A stretch of 64,000 nt of DNA, from the sequence record NC_052656.1; one strand, 5' to 3'. A model generated the notes under the pieces. That model saw only the letters and a list, made by a program, of their open reading frames with translations. It had not been told where the DNA came from and ran no database searches. The first letter of the stretch is position 1. Every line of letters begins with the position of its first letter. The DNA is from Escherichia phage anhysbys. A program made the position numbers and the translations under genes. This document shows positions 46,204 through 55,088 of this stretch, in pieces.

Positions 46204-46301
46204 AATTATTTAATAAAGGGTTGCCAGAAAACTTTCTCTTTTACTCATGGTTTTCTCCTTCTCTCACACCTCTTCTGGTTGCCCTTCATTAAATGATTTA
46301 T

Positions 46302-46376
46302 TGGTTTGTAGTGTAGTCCGGTAGCACACGACACTTTGACTGTCGTAGGTTTGGTTCAAATCCAGACAGACCAGCC
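46302..46376 (+). tRNA. tRNA-Gln (anticodon TTG)
   Basis: U1-A72 acceptor TGGTTTG/CAGACCA with discriminator G, stem CGACA/TGTCG with loop CTTTGAC, encoded CCA. Confidence 0.8.
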
Positions 46377-46382
46377 ATATAA

Positions 46383-46459
46383 CGGAATTTAGCTCAGTTT
46401 GGTAGAGCATACGCTTTGGGAGCGTAGGGTCGCAGGTTCGAATCCTGCAATTCCGACCA
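46383..46459 (+). tRNA. tRNA-Pro (anticodon TGG)
   Basis: C1-G72 acceptor CGGAATT/AATTCCG, stem TACGC/GCGTA with loop TTTGGGA, T-loop TTCGAAT, encoded CCA. Confidence 0.8.
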
Positions 46460-46465
46460 ATCAAA

Positions 46466-46539
46466 TGTTTCGTAGTTCAATGGTAGAACCCACGACTGAT
46501 AATCGTGAGACACAAGTTCGATTCTTGTCGAAACAACCA
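46466..46539 (+). tRNA. tRNA-Ile (anticodon GAT)
   Basis: Acceptor TGTTTCG/CGAAACA, stem CACGA/TCGTG with loop CTGATAA, T-arm ACAAG-TTCGATT-CTTGT, encoded CCA. Confidence 0.75.
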
Positions 46540-46541
46540 GT

Positions 46542-46611
46542 TTCCCGTTAGACTTACAGGATAAGAGTTCCACAACTTATTGTGATGCTGGTTCGAATCC
46601 AGCACGGGATA
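46542..46611 (+). tRNA. tRNA-like element with non-canonical anticodon arm (possible pseudo-tRNA)
   Basis: Acceptor TTCCCGT/ACGGGAT (1-72 mismatch) and canonical T-arm GCTGG-TTCGAAT-CCAGC, but middle folds only as CACAA-CTTA-TTGTG; no CCA. Confidence 0.3.
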
Positions 46612-46617
46612 CATAAT

Positions 46618-46696
46618 AGCGGGATAGAGGAGTCTGGTCGTCCTCGCCAGTTTCATATGCTGGAGATCATCGGTTCAAATCCGATTCCCGCCTCCA
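46618..46696 (+). tRNA. tRNA-Met (anticodon CAT), second copy, initiator/Ile2 not excluded
   Basis: Acceptor AGCGGGA/TCCCGCC with A1.C72 mismatch, stem CCAGT/GCTGG with loop TTCATAT, T-arm ATCGG-TTCAAAT-CCGAT, encoded CCA. Confidence 0.65.
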
Positions 46697-46811
46697 AATA
46701 TCGCTTGCCAGCGGTATCTTTGAAGACCTTGCCTGGTTCCTTCTAAGATGGAGGGGTGCGACTCCTTAACGCACAATTATAATAAAGCATTTCAAATTAA
46801 CAGTATTTATT

Positions 46812-46835
46812 AGCCTCCTTATTGGAGGCTTTTTG
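46812..46835 (+). terminator. intrinsic terminator closing the tRNA cluster
   Basis: AGCCTCC-ttatt-GGAGGCT followed by TTTTT. Confidence 0.7.
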
Positions 46836-46853
46836 CTATCTATTGAATAAAAC

Positions 46854-46882
46854 TTGACTTATTATTTTTTATATGTTAAGAT
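46854..46882 (+). promoter_or_regulatory. sigma70-like promoter
   Basis: TTGACT at 46854-46859, 17-nt spacer, TAAGAT. Confidence 0.35.
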
Positions 46883-46903
46883 AAAGTTTAGGAGGATTTT
46901 ATT

Positions 46904-47200
46904 ATGCCTAAACTAAAACGTGGTCGTGGAAGACCAACAGCCGAAATGCAACAGATCTACGCAATGGATGCGGCGCAAGCAAGTGTAAAAGAATTATTTG
47001 CAGAGCATTATTTAGAAGCTATGCGATATATTGTTGAACTTGTTAATGATAAGGATGCAGCAAAACCTCTCCGCTTCCAAGCAGCTAAAGCTATTAAAGA
47101 GCAAGTAGAAGAATGGTTAGAAGAACATTATGAAGCTATGGAAGAAGAAACCCCTGCCGTGCAGAATACAGATGACGTTCCTAAAAAGATCGTAATCTAA
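46904..47200 (+). CDS. hypothetical DNA-binding-like protein (small terminase not excluded)
   Basis: 98 aa; N-terminal KRGRGRP (AT-hook-like); strong taggagg RBS. Confidence 0.45.
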   Translation: MPKLKRGRGRPTAEMQQIYAMDAAQASVKELFAEHYLEAMRYIVELVNDKDAAKPLRFQAAKAIKEQVEEWLEEHYEAMEEETPAVQNTDDVPKKIVI

Positions 47201-47214
47201 TCCCTCTCCTCTCT

Positions 47215-47282
47215 TGGGGCTTTGCCCCTCCTCCTTGTTATTTTTAACACCCCTCTCCGAAAGGTTAGGGGCTTTTTTATTT
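47215..47282 (+). terminator. tandem hairpins ending in a T-run (intrinsic terminator)
   Basis: GGGGC-ttt-GCCCC, then CCCCT...AGGGG followed by CTTTTTTATTTTT. Confidence 0.6.
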
Positions 47283-47340
47283 TTAATGCTTGCAATTGTA
47301 TATCATTTTGTGATAAGATCAGATATGAGGAGGATAAAAT

Positions 47341-47511
47341 ATGCGCAATTTTGTAGTTAAAAATGATTTTAACCGTTCTTCTTATCATAAAGATAAAAAG
47401 AATGATTACACACGGGCTTGGAACTTGGAGGAAGAACTTTATGATGACAGAGAAGACGTGGGAAGAGATCCTAGCGGAGGCTCAACCGATGGAAGTGAAG
47501 AAGATAGTTAA
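47341..47511 (+). CDS. hypothetical small protein (56 aa)
   Basis: ATG 47341 preceded by GAGGAGG at ideal spacing; below ORF-track cutoff. Confidence 0.4.
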   Translation: MRNFVVKNDFNRSSYHKDKKNDYTRAWNLEEELYDDREDVGRDPSGGSTDGSEEDS

Positions 47512-47578
47512 CAACGCCCCTTCTCTTCCTAAAATAAAATTTTATGAGGAAGTAGAAGATAATGAATCTAAAGACTAA
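47441..47578 (+). CDS. hypothetical small protein (45 aa), overlapping in another frame
   Basis: ATG 47441 preceded by GGAGGAAG; lies inside ORF-track entry 47363..47578. Confidence 0.35.
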   Translation: MMTEKTWEEILAEAQPMEVKKIVNNAPSLPKIKFYEEVEDNESKD

Positions 47579-47948
47579 AACTGTATTAAGTTTTGTTTTA
47601 ATTGTTATTCTTGCAGGAATGTTTGCTTATAACAAGATACGTGAGTCTGGCTACAAAGATGGTGTTGCCTATCAAACACAAGTATATCAAGCAGCCCAAG
47701 CAAAAGCAAAACAAGATTTTGATGTTCTTCAAAAAAGAGCAGATGAAGAAAGAGCATTATTAAATACTCAAATAAACAACTTGTCTAAAAACAATGCACA
47801 ATTAAAAGCAGATTTAGAGAAGAAGAAACAAACGATCAATGAGGATACAACGAATTATGCAAAAACTAATTCTGGCAGTATGTCTTGCTTTGCCCCTAAT
47901 GATGACGGGTTGTTCATCATCAACAAAAGTTTCCCCAGTTCTTATTGA
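47562..47948 (+). CDS. i-spanin (Rz-like)
   Basis: N-terminal TM segment TVLSFVLIVILAGMFAY followed by coiled-coil periplasmic domain; o-spanin gene embedded at its 3' end. Confidence 0.6.
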   Translation: MNLKTKTVLSFVLIVILAGMFAYNKIRESGYKDGVAYQTQVYQAAQAKAKQDFDVLQKRADEERALLNTQINNLSKNNAQLKADLEKKKQTINEDTTNYAKTNSGSMSCFAPNDDGLFIINKSFPSSY

Positions 47949-48183
47949 TGAGTGTAAGGCTGTAGCCATAGAAAAGGTTAAAGGTCCAGATTCGGACTTG
48001 ATGGATAAAGTATCGACACCTGTGCCATACACTAAAAATCAAATTGCAAAAGGGGTTAGTAGATCTGAAGTTGTTAACAACCAAACTCAAAACAATGCTC
48101 TTTGGGAGCAAGATAGACGAAAGGTTCTAGGTTTACAAACATATATTAAAACACTGCAAGAAAAAGGTATTATTGCTGAATAA
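47839..48183 (+). CDS. o-spanin (Rz1-like outer-membrane lipoprotein)
   Basis: Lipobox LALPLMMTGC; starts inside the i-spanin gene in a different frame and extends beyond it. Confidence 0.55.
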   Translation: MRIQRIMQKLILAVCLALPLMMTGCSSSTKVSPVLIDECKAVAIEKVKGPDSDLMDKVSTPVPYTKNQIAKGVSRSEVVNNQTQNNALWEQDRRKVLGLQTYIKTLQEKGIIAE

Positions 48184-48192
48184 GGAGGGAAT

Positions 48193-50268
48193 GTGGCAAA
48201 GAAAAAGGCAGCAGGTAGTTTAGCTGGAGTAGATATTGAAGTAAAGGCTCAACCAGGTAAACAGACTCTTGCAATGGATTTAATGCCAGAAGTTATGATT
48301 TATGGTGGTGCCGCTGGATGTGTTTCTGCTGAAACGGAATATCTTACAAAAGATGGTTGGAGGCAGATTAGTGAATATTCGGGAGAGGATATTTACCAAT
48401 ATAATCCTAAGAATAAGCGTTTAGAATTGGTAACACCTTATTTTGTAGAATACGATTTAAATGGAGATAACCTATACAGAATAACAAATGGTGTAGGATT
48501 ATTCCAAGAACTTAGTATGGAACACCGTTTTGTATTCTATAAGAAAAAGAAATCAAAGAAACATTTCGAGATTCTTGTAGGAGATCTTATTGCATTACAG
48601 CAAATAGGAAAACCCCTGCAAGGTTATGTAGAAAATCCATTCGGTAAACGTGTTCCTTTTAACATACCTGGTAAAAAGAGCACTTACTTAAAAATACACG
48701 AGGTTATTTCAACAGATGATAAGAAATATTGTTTTGAGACTCCAAGCAGCTATATTGTCTTTAGACGTGGCGATCACTGCTTCGTTACTGGGAATAGCGG
48801 CAAGTCTCGTCTGCTATTGCTGAAAGCTTTAAAATACGCCTACAAAGACCCTTTGTTTGGTGGAATACTTTTCCGTAAGAACACCACTGCTCACCGTAAA
48901 CCAGGTGGTCTGTTTACAGAAGCAAAACGTTTGTATCTTCCTTTACAACCACACGTAAAAGAAAGTACAATGGATATCATTTTTGAAGCCACTGGTGGTG
49001 GAACCCTCAAATTTGACCATTTGGAAAATGATAACGTAACAGCAGAAACAAACCATCAGGGTACCCAGTATTCAATGGTAGGTTTTGACGAGTTAACCCA
49101 CTTCACACAATATGAAATGCTATATCTTCTGGGACGTATGCGTTCAGAGTCAGAAACAAGTTTCATGTTGTGCACATGTAACCCTGACGCAGATAGTTGG
49201 GTTTTGAATTGGGTGTTACCTTATCTTGATGAGGGTGGTTATCCTAGAGAAGATATGTGTGGTAAACAAAAATATTTCATCATTGTTAACGATGAACCTG
49301 TTTTTGCTGACACACCTGAAGAACTGAAAGAAAAATATCCAGAAAACTGTTTCATGGAAAACCCTAATACAGGGGAGACAGTTGTTATTGAACCACAAAC
49401 TTTCGTATTTATTGGTGGGACAATATTTGATAACCCAGAACTCATTAGGCTTAACCCTAATTACTTAGCACAGCTTAAATCACAAACAGCGATCAAAAGA
49501 GCACAGCTTCTGGACGGTTGTTGGTTTGCACGTATCCAGAAAGAATCTTTCTTTCAACGTGAATGGTTACATAAAATATCTTATAAAGATGTTCCTAACA
49601 ATCTTAAACTAATGCGAGCATGGGATAAAGCTGTTTCAGTTCCTACAGAAACTTACCGTTATCCAGACTATACAACATCTGTCAAAATGGGTAAAGATCA
49701 AGATGGTAATATCTACATCTTTGGCGACTATGATTATGATGCTGTGGATGAGAAAAGTAAAATTTTCGGAAGGTTTCGAAGACTACCTGGGGAAAGGGAT
49801 AACCTGATTCTAAATCAATGTAAGATTGATGGACCAGAAGTTACAGTAGTGCTTCCTAAAGACCCATCTGGTGCTGGGACAATAGAATACACAGAGTCTG
49901 CAAAGAAACTTATTCTAGAAGGTTTTGTTGTTAAACCAGATGCTATGCCAGGTAACAAGAAAAAGCTTCAGCGTTTTATGCCTTTTAGTAGTGCGTGTCA
50001 AAACGGTTTTGTTTATATTGTTGAAGATTCTTTCCCTAATGTGGAAACTTTAACCCACTTTTATAAAGAATTGGAATCTTTCAATGGTGAAAGATCTACA
50101 GCCACTATTAAAGATGACATTCCCGATGCTGCTGCCTCTTGTTTTAATACTCTGTCAAAAGAGAATACTTTCAAAGCAGTAGCTATCCCTACAACAACAA
50201 ATGCTCCTACAGGATACAGTAGAATGAACAGCGGATTTCACCAGCCGTATAGTGTCCGTAAAAGATAA
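48193..50268 (+). CDS. terminase large subunit (intein-containing)
   Basis: Walker A GAAG|SGKS split by the insertion, Walker B MVGFDELTH, C-terminal nuclease-size domain; GTG start after AAGGAGGG. Confidence 0.8.
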   Translation: MAKKKAAGSLAGVDIEVKAQPGKQTLAMDLMPEVMIYGGAAGCVSAETEYLTKDGWRQISEYSGEDIYQYNPKNKRLELVTPYFVEYDLNGDNLYRITNGVGLFQELSMEHRFVFYKKKKSKKHFEILVGDLIALQQIGKPLQGYVENPFGKRVPFNIPGKKSTYLKIHEVISTDDKKYCFETPSSYIVFRRGDHCFVTGNSGKSRLLLLKALKYAYKDPLFGGILFRKNTTAHRKPGGLFTEAKRLYLPLQPHVKESTMDIIFEATGGGTLKFDHLENDNVTAETNHQGTQYSMVGFDELTHFTQYEMLYLLGRMRSESETSFMLCTCNPDADSWVLNWVLPYLDEGGYPREDMCGKQKYFIIVNDEPVFADTPEELKEKYPENCFMENPNTGETVVIEPQTFVFIGGTIFDNPELIRLNPNYLAQLKSQTAIKRAQLLDGCWFARIQKESFFQREWLHKISYKDVPNNLKLMRAWDKAVSVPTETYRYPDYTTSVKMGKDQDGNIYIFGDYDYDAVDEKSKIFGRFRRLPGERDNLILNQCKIDGPEVTVVLPKDPSGAGTIEYTESAKKLILEGFVVKPDAMPGNKKKLQRFMPFSSACQNGFVYIVEDSFPNVETLTHFYKELESFNGERSTATIKDDIPDAAASCFNTLSKENTFKAVAIPTTTNAPTGYSRMNSGFHQPYSVRKR
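48319..48795 (+). mobile_element. putative mini-intein (159 aa) in the terminase P-loop
   Basis: Insertion begins with Cys and ends ...FVTGN immediately before Ser; excising it restores GAAGSGKS; too short to carry a homing endonuclease domain. Confidence 0.6.
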
Positions 50269-50271
50269 TTG

Positions 50272-50300
50272 TTGACAAAAGTCACTTTAAAGTGTATTAT
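50272..50300 (+). promoter_or_regulatory. strong sigma70-like promoter (TTGACA-17-TGnTATTAT)
   Basis: TTGACA 50272-50277, 17-nt spacer, TG-extended TATTAT 50295-50300, upstream of portal gene. Confidence 0.55.
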
Positions 50301-50369
50301 AACTAGATAGGTGAGGTTGTATATAATACAGCCTTGCCTTAACGATTTTATACCTGACTGGAGGAACAA

Positions 50370-51935
50370 GTGTCAACAGGAAAAAGAACGTACACTAAAA
50401 AGTCAGAATACTGGGACAAAGGTGCTGCAAATAAAGCTGCTCTCTCTCCAACAAAAGAGGCAGAGAAAGAGAAAACGTTACTCCTGTCACCTGAAATAGG
50501 AACGATCGGATTAAACTCAATCAAAGCATTTACGAATTTCATGCAACCCTATGAGACTCGTTTCCCAGAATGTATTCGCACTTTTAAAGAGATGGGTGAA
50601 GACCCTGATGTAGCTACTGCTCTTGACGCTACATATATCTTTGTAGATAGAGCATTCTTTGATTTCAAGATAAAATACAATGTAAACTCGGCAAAGTCAA
50701 GAAAAGCTGCTAAGTTTATTGATTACATGTTACGCAATATGCAAGCCCCTCTACGTCAATATGTTAGATCACTTTTGACATATAAGCAATATGGTTTTGC
50801 ATTCGCAGAGAAAGTTTATGAGTTGGATGAAGATCCTAAAAGTCCTTACTTTGGGTATTGGCGATTGACCAAATTGGCTTTTAGACCACAAGACACTCTT
50901 CACATGGCTCAACCTTTTACATATTCGGCAGACGGACGTTCTATTCTATCTGTTAACCAGAATATCACCAATACGATGTTAGCTCCAGGTAATACAACTT
51001 TAGAAACGGGTATTAAAGAAATTCCTTTCAGTAAAGTTTTATTTGTTGGTAGCAACATTACAGAGAATAACCCATTAGGAGTTAGTCCGCTTTTAGCTGT
51101 ATATCGTAGCTGGCGTGAAAAATCTCTTATTCAGGAATTTGAGGTTATTGGGGTATCTAAAGATTTAGGCGGTATGCCAGTTCTTAAGGTTCCAAGTGAC
51201 ATTCTAAACAGGGCATCTTTAGATCCTGCGGGGGATGAAGCACAATCTCTTCGAGTTCTCCAAGCCAACATCGCTAACCTGCACTCTGGTGAGCAAGCCT
51301 ACATGGTGTTGCCTTCAGACGTTTATGAAGGCACAGTGATGCGTCAATACGATCTTGTATTCCAAGGTGTTGATGGCACGGGTAAACAGTTTGACACTCA
51401 AGCACTAATCAAACAACGTAAACTGGATATTTATAACCGCTTTGGTGCGGGTGTGTTGATTATGGGTGATGGTGACGCAGGAAGTTTTGCGCTTTCTGAC
51501 AACAAACAAACACTATTGTCTCATTTTATTGAGCGAGATGTAGATATTGTTGTAGAAGCTATAAACTCTCAACTGATCCCTCAAACACTACGACTAAACA
51601 ATATCTTCCTTTCTGATGAAGATATGCCTAAGTTTGTCAGTGGTGAAATGGGTGATCCTGATATTGAAGTAAATGCTAAAGCTATTCAGCAGTTGGTAGC
51701 CTCTGGTGCAATACCTTTAACCCCAGAAGTTATTAACGAGTTTCTTGAAAAAATTGGTTTTGAATATCGCATCCCTGATGATATTGTTGCCAATAAAGAG
51801 AAATTCTTTGAATTCATGGATAACTATATGCCTGACAAAACTTCACGATCAGGAGATGGTTTAGCTACAGCGGGAACTGGAACGTCTGATACTGTTTCTG
51901 CTCTAGATCCTTCAGCACAAAACCTGTCGAATTAA
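50370..51935 (+). CDS. portal protein (putative)
   Basis: 521-aa ORF immediately downstream of terminase; GTG start after GGAGGAACAA; call is positional. Confidence 0.55.
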   Translation: MSTGKRTYTKKSEYWDKGAANKAALSPTKEAEKEKTLLLSPEIGTIGLNSIKAFTNFMQPYETRFPECIRTFKEMGEDPDVATALDATYIFVDRAFFDFKIKYNVNSAKSRKAAKFIDYMLRNMQAPLRQYVRSLLTYKQYGFAFAEKVYELDEDPKSPYFGYWRLTKLAFRPQDTLHMAQPFTYSADGRSILSVNQNITNTMLAPGNTTLETGIKEIPFSKVLFVGSNITENNPLGVSPLLAVYRSWREKSLIQEFEVIGVSKDLGGMPVLKVPSDILNRASLDPAGDEAQSLRVLQANIANLHSGEQAYMVLPSDVYEGTVMRQYDLVFQGVDGTGKQFDTQALIKQRKLDIYNRFGAGVLIMGDGDAGSFALSDNKQTLLSHFIERDVDIVVEAINSQLIPQTLRLNNIFLSDEDMPKFVSGEMGDPDIEVNAKAIQQLVASGAIPLTPEVINEFLEKIGFEYRIPDDIVANKEKFFEFMDNYMPDKTSRSGDGLATAGTGTSDTVSALDPSAQNLSN

Positions 51936-51963
51936 AAATATTTAATATTTTTTAATTTTTCTA

Positions 51964-51992
51964 TTGACAAAACAACAAATATCCTGTAGACT
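51964..51992 (+). promoter_or_regulatory. sigma70-like promoter (CTATTGACAA family)
   Basis: TTGACA 51964-51969, 17-nt spacer, TAGACT. Confidence 0.4.
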
Positions 51993-52028
51993 AAGATTTA
52001 TGGGATATCTGTTTTTAAGAGGTTTCAA

Positions 52029-52508
52029 ATGGAACTCAATAAAGATACACTGTGGGAACTCTTCAAAACCTTCGCTGGTTTTAAAGAGAATTCTGAATCC
52101 CAACAAGATTCTATACCATCTCAAAAACCTGAAACTCTAGTCAAACAAAATAAATTTGATGAAGAAAAGATGCAGGTTATTGAGGTCTTGTATTGTCCAC
52201 CTGAAGAAGACGATCTCCACGGAGAGCGCATGTCTGATTTGGAAATCAGGAAGATGGTTGACAACTTCAATGAGAATATTACCAATATTAGCGGTAATCT
52301 TGGTCACATGAAGAACACCGATAAGTTTGCTCCAATTAAAGCTTGGGTAAATGAAGTCGATTGTTACATTGGTGACGAACTCGTTGTGGAAGGAACTCCC
52401 CTCGTTAAAATCCAATTCAACGACCCTGAATTATATCAAGCTCGTAAAGACGGCGTTCTTAAAGGTTTGAGTATAGGCGCAATGGGCGTTAAAGTCAAGA
52501 AGGACTAA
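52029..52508 (+). CDS. putative head morphogenesis / prohead protease-like protein
   Basis: 159 aa between portal and scaffold genes; assignment is positional. Confidence 0.35.
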   Translation: MELNKDTLWELFKTFAGFKENSESQQDSIPSQKPETLVKQNKFDEEKMQVIEVLYCPPEEDDLHGERMSDLEIRKMVDNFNENITNISGNLGHMKNTDKFAPIKAWVNEVDCYIGDELVVEGTPLVKIQFNDPELYQARKDGVLKGLSIGAMGVKVKKD

Positions 52509-52510
52509 TC

Positions 52511-53626
52511 GTGGCAAATACATATTTAACTAACGTAGACTTTTCAGGAAAAGCTACGGAAGAGTCACTAGGTGCTCATATTGCTTACACTTTTGATTTT
52601 CAAGGTGGAGCGGCATCTGGTTATAATACCCCCCTTTTATTTAAGTCAGACGGATCTCCAGACATAACTTTTGAAAAGTTAGAAGCTCTCACTAAAATGG
52701 GAGAAGATGTTACAGAGTTACGTAAAAGCTATATTCAACAAGTGATGGATCGCATTTCTGAAAAAGTGCGTGAAAAATTTGAAGCTGGTTGGGATTGGGT
52801 TTACGTTATTGATGCTGACTTCGATGCGAACGTTGCAATTTTCTGTTCAGATAACGGTATGTTCTCTGTTGGCTTTAAAGTTGACGGACTGAATGTTGAA
52901 GTTGAAGAGGTTGCTAAACCTGTTGTTCGTGTTACTGATTATCAAGTTGTTGATGGTGATGTAATGATCTCCATTGATTTCTTTGAGGACGTTTTAGACG
53001 ATGCTTTGAGTAATCTCGTTAAGAGTTCCTTGAAACAAAGTCAAGTTAAAGATTATTTAGTGAAAGCTCACGCTAAAGCTAATACAAACTCTGTGGATGC
53101 AGAGGCTAACCCCGCAGGTGATAAATCTGCAAACACAACTGGAATCAATAAAGGAGAAACCCCTTTGGAAAATATCAACAAAGAAGAATTCCTGAAATCT
53201 GCTGAATTCCAAGAACTGATGAAAGCACAGATCGCTGAAGCTGTAGAAAAAGCAGCAGCAGATGCACGTGCAGCCGCAGAACTTGAAGCACAGGAAAAAA
53301 TCGCTAAGGCAGAACAGGAAGCAGAAGAACTTCGTAAAGCTGAACAAGCTCGTATCGAAGAAGAATATACAACTGTTGTTAAATCCTATTCTTTCGTAGA
53401 AGAAGACAAAGTTGAAGCTCTCGTTAAATATCTGGTAGACAATAAAGATATCGCTGAAACTATCGTCAAAGCATTCGAAAAAGCACGTGCAGAAGTGGAC
53501 GCAGTTAAGAAAGAATTTGGAACAGAACGTGGTGTTGACGTGATCAATACTCAACCTGTAGCTAAATCTTCTTCTGAACTGATTAGTCAGAAAGCTGCTG
53601 AACTTAAAAAAGCCCAGAAACAATAA
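52511..53626 (+). CDS. putative capsid scaffolding protein
   Basis: 371 aa with long A/E/K-rich coiled-coil segment, directly upstream of decoration and capsid genes. Confidence 0.5.
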   Translation: MANTYLTNVDFSGKATEESLGAHIAYTFDFQGGAASGYNTPLLFKSDGSPDITFEKLEALTKMGEDVTELRKSYIQQVMDRISEKVREKFEAGWDWVYVIDADFDANVAIFCSDNGMFSVGFKVDGLNVEVEEVAKPVVRVTDYQVVDGDVMISIDFFEDVLDDALSNLVKSSLKQSQVKDYLVKAHAKANTNSVDAEANPAGDKSANTTGINKGETPLENINKEEFLKSAEFQELMKAQIAEAVEKAAADARAAAELEAQEKIAKAEQEAEELRKAEQARIEEEYTTVVKSYSFVEEDKVEALVKYLVDNKDIAETIVKAFEKARAEVDAVKKEFGTERGVDVINTQPVAKSSSELISQKAAELKKAQKQ

Positions 53627-53645
53627 TCTTAGGAGATTAAATTAA

Positions 53646-54044
53646 ATGGCTAAAGGAATTACTTTATCTAACTCTCGCCAGGAATTCGGACACCTGGTTC
53701 TGGGTGGAGTGTTTAGCTCTGACCTTGGACACTGTGTACGTGAAGTTAACCTGGTTAAAACAGCAACCATGAAAATTGGTTCTATCCTGAAAGCTGACAA
53801 CACTGAAGCTGCTAAAGCTGAAGCTGCCGATGCTGCTAAAGTTCTGATTTGGACTGATGCTCTGTTCGGTATTGACGATGTAGCAGTAGGTGACACTTTC
53901 ACCGCAGTTGTTGGCGTACGTGATCTTACTCTGAACCGCTTTGCAGTATACTACAAAGATGGCTCCCTTGTAGATGAAGCTGGCGTAGCAGCACTGGAAA
54001 CACATGATCTGAAACTGACCGAAAAAGTCGTTTTCACTTCTTAA
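53646..54044 (+). CDS. putative head decoration protein
   Basis: 132 aa, strong taggagatta RBS, immediately upstream of major capsid gene (lambda D/E-like arrangement). Confidence 0.45.
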   Translation: MAKGITLSNSRQEFGHLVLGGVFSSDLGHCVREVNLVKTATMKIGSILKADNTEAAKAEAADAAKVLIWTDALFGIDDVAVGDTFTAVVGVRDLTLNRFAVYYKDGSLVDEAGVAALETHDLKLTEKVVFTS

Positions 54045-54065
54045 TTTTAATAGGAGATTAATATA

Positions 54066-55067
54066 ATGCCAGCAGTAATTTTAGATCAGGTTGTAGATTT
54101 CAGCCCTATGATCGAACTTCAGGATTCCCCTGATACACTGATTGCCAGCCTGAATCTGTTCAGTGTTGACTATCATTCAACTACCGCTATTGAAATCGGT
54201 AAAGAAAAAGCTGAAGATGCTCTGATCTCCGCTCGTGAGCGTGGTGGTGAGCGTAACTTCCTGAGCATGAAAAATCCAGAACTGAAAGCGTTCCGCATTC
54301 CGTTCTTCCCTCTGGATAAAAACATCAAAGCTCAAGATATTCAATCTTTCCGTAGCTTTGCAATGGCAGGAATCAATGACTCTCTGCGCACAGACGCTGA
54401 AGTTGTTAACCGCTATATGTCCCAGATTCTGCGTGACGTAGCAAAAACCAAAGAGAAAATCTTTGCAGAAGCAGTTATGGGTCGTGCCTATAACGGCGTA
54501 GGTGGTGCAGCTAACTCTGCATACAACTGGTATACAGAATGGGGTGCTACCCAGAAATCTGTTGCTGTAGACTTTGCTTCTACCACTGTTTCTCCAGCAG
54601 CCACTATCGAGAAAGAAGCTCGTGCTTACATCATCGATACTAAACAAGATGGCTCTACCGCTACTCGTATCGTAGCTCTGTGTTCTCGTGAATTTTTCGC
54701 ATCTCTGGTTAACTCTCCATTTGTTCGCCAGGCATATCAGTATTTCCAGGGAACTCCTAACCTTCTGCGTGATCGCCTTAGCGGTAACATGGATGTTCAG
54801 GTGTTCGAATGGAACGGTGTAACTTACATTGAAGATATCCACGGTAACATCCCTGCTGGTGAAGCATATGTTCTGCCTATGGGTATCGAAGGTATGTTCC
54901 AGGCGCACTACGCTCCTGCGGATACTCCAGAACTGGCTAACACCCAGGCTCGTGAACTGTATACCTTCATGATCAGCCAGCACCGCACTATTCAGCTTCA
55001 GTCTGAATTCTCGCTGCTCGCAGTTAACACCCGTCCAGAACTGGTAGTTAAACTGACTACGGCTTAA
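54066..55067 (+). CDS. major capsid protein (lambda gpE-like)
   Basis: 333 aa; ELANTQARELYTF resembles the lambda gpE NTQARGL segment; strong RBS and terminator right after the gene. Confidence 0.6.
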   Translation: MPAVILDQVVDFSPMIELQDSPDTLIASLNLFSVDYHSTTAIEIGKEKAEDALISARERGGERNFLSMKNPELKAFRIPFFPLDKNIKAQDIQSFRSFAMAGINDSLRTDAEVVNRYMSQILRDVAKTKEKIFAEAVMGRAYNGVGGAANSAYNWYTEWGATQKSVAVDFASTTVSPAATIEKEARAYIIDTKQDGSTATRIVALCSREFFASLVNSPFVRQAYQYFQGTPNLLRDRLSGNMDVQVFEWNGVTYIEDIHGNIPAGEAYVLPMGIEGMFQAHYAPADTPELANTQARELYTFMISQHRTIQLQSEFSLLAVNTRPELVVKLTTA

Positions 55068-55088
55068 TAGAACTCTGTTAAGATTAGA

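Noticed and set aside
46264-46464. Minus-strand 66-aa ORF in the tRNA cluster
   Set aside because: It lies antisense across tRNA-Gln and tRNA-Pro; far more likely a chance ORF than a gene.
53057-54983. Long minus-strand ORFs (188 and 268 aa) opposite the scaffold and major capsid genes
   Set aside because: They are antisense to strongly supported structural genes with RBSs and terminators, and their composition is F/C/S-rich.
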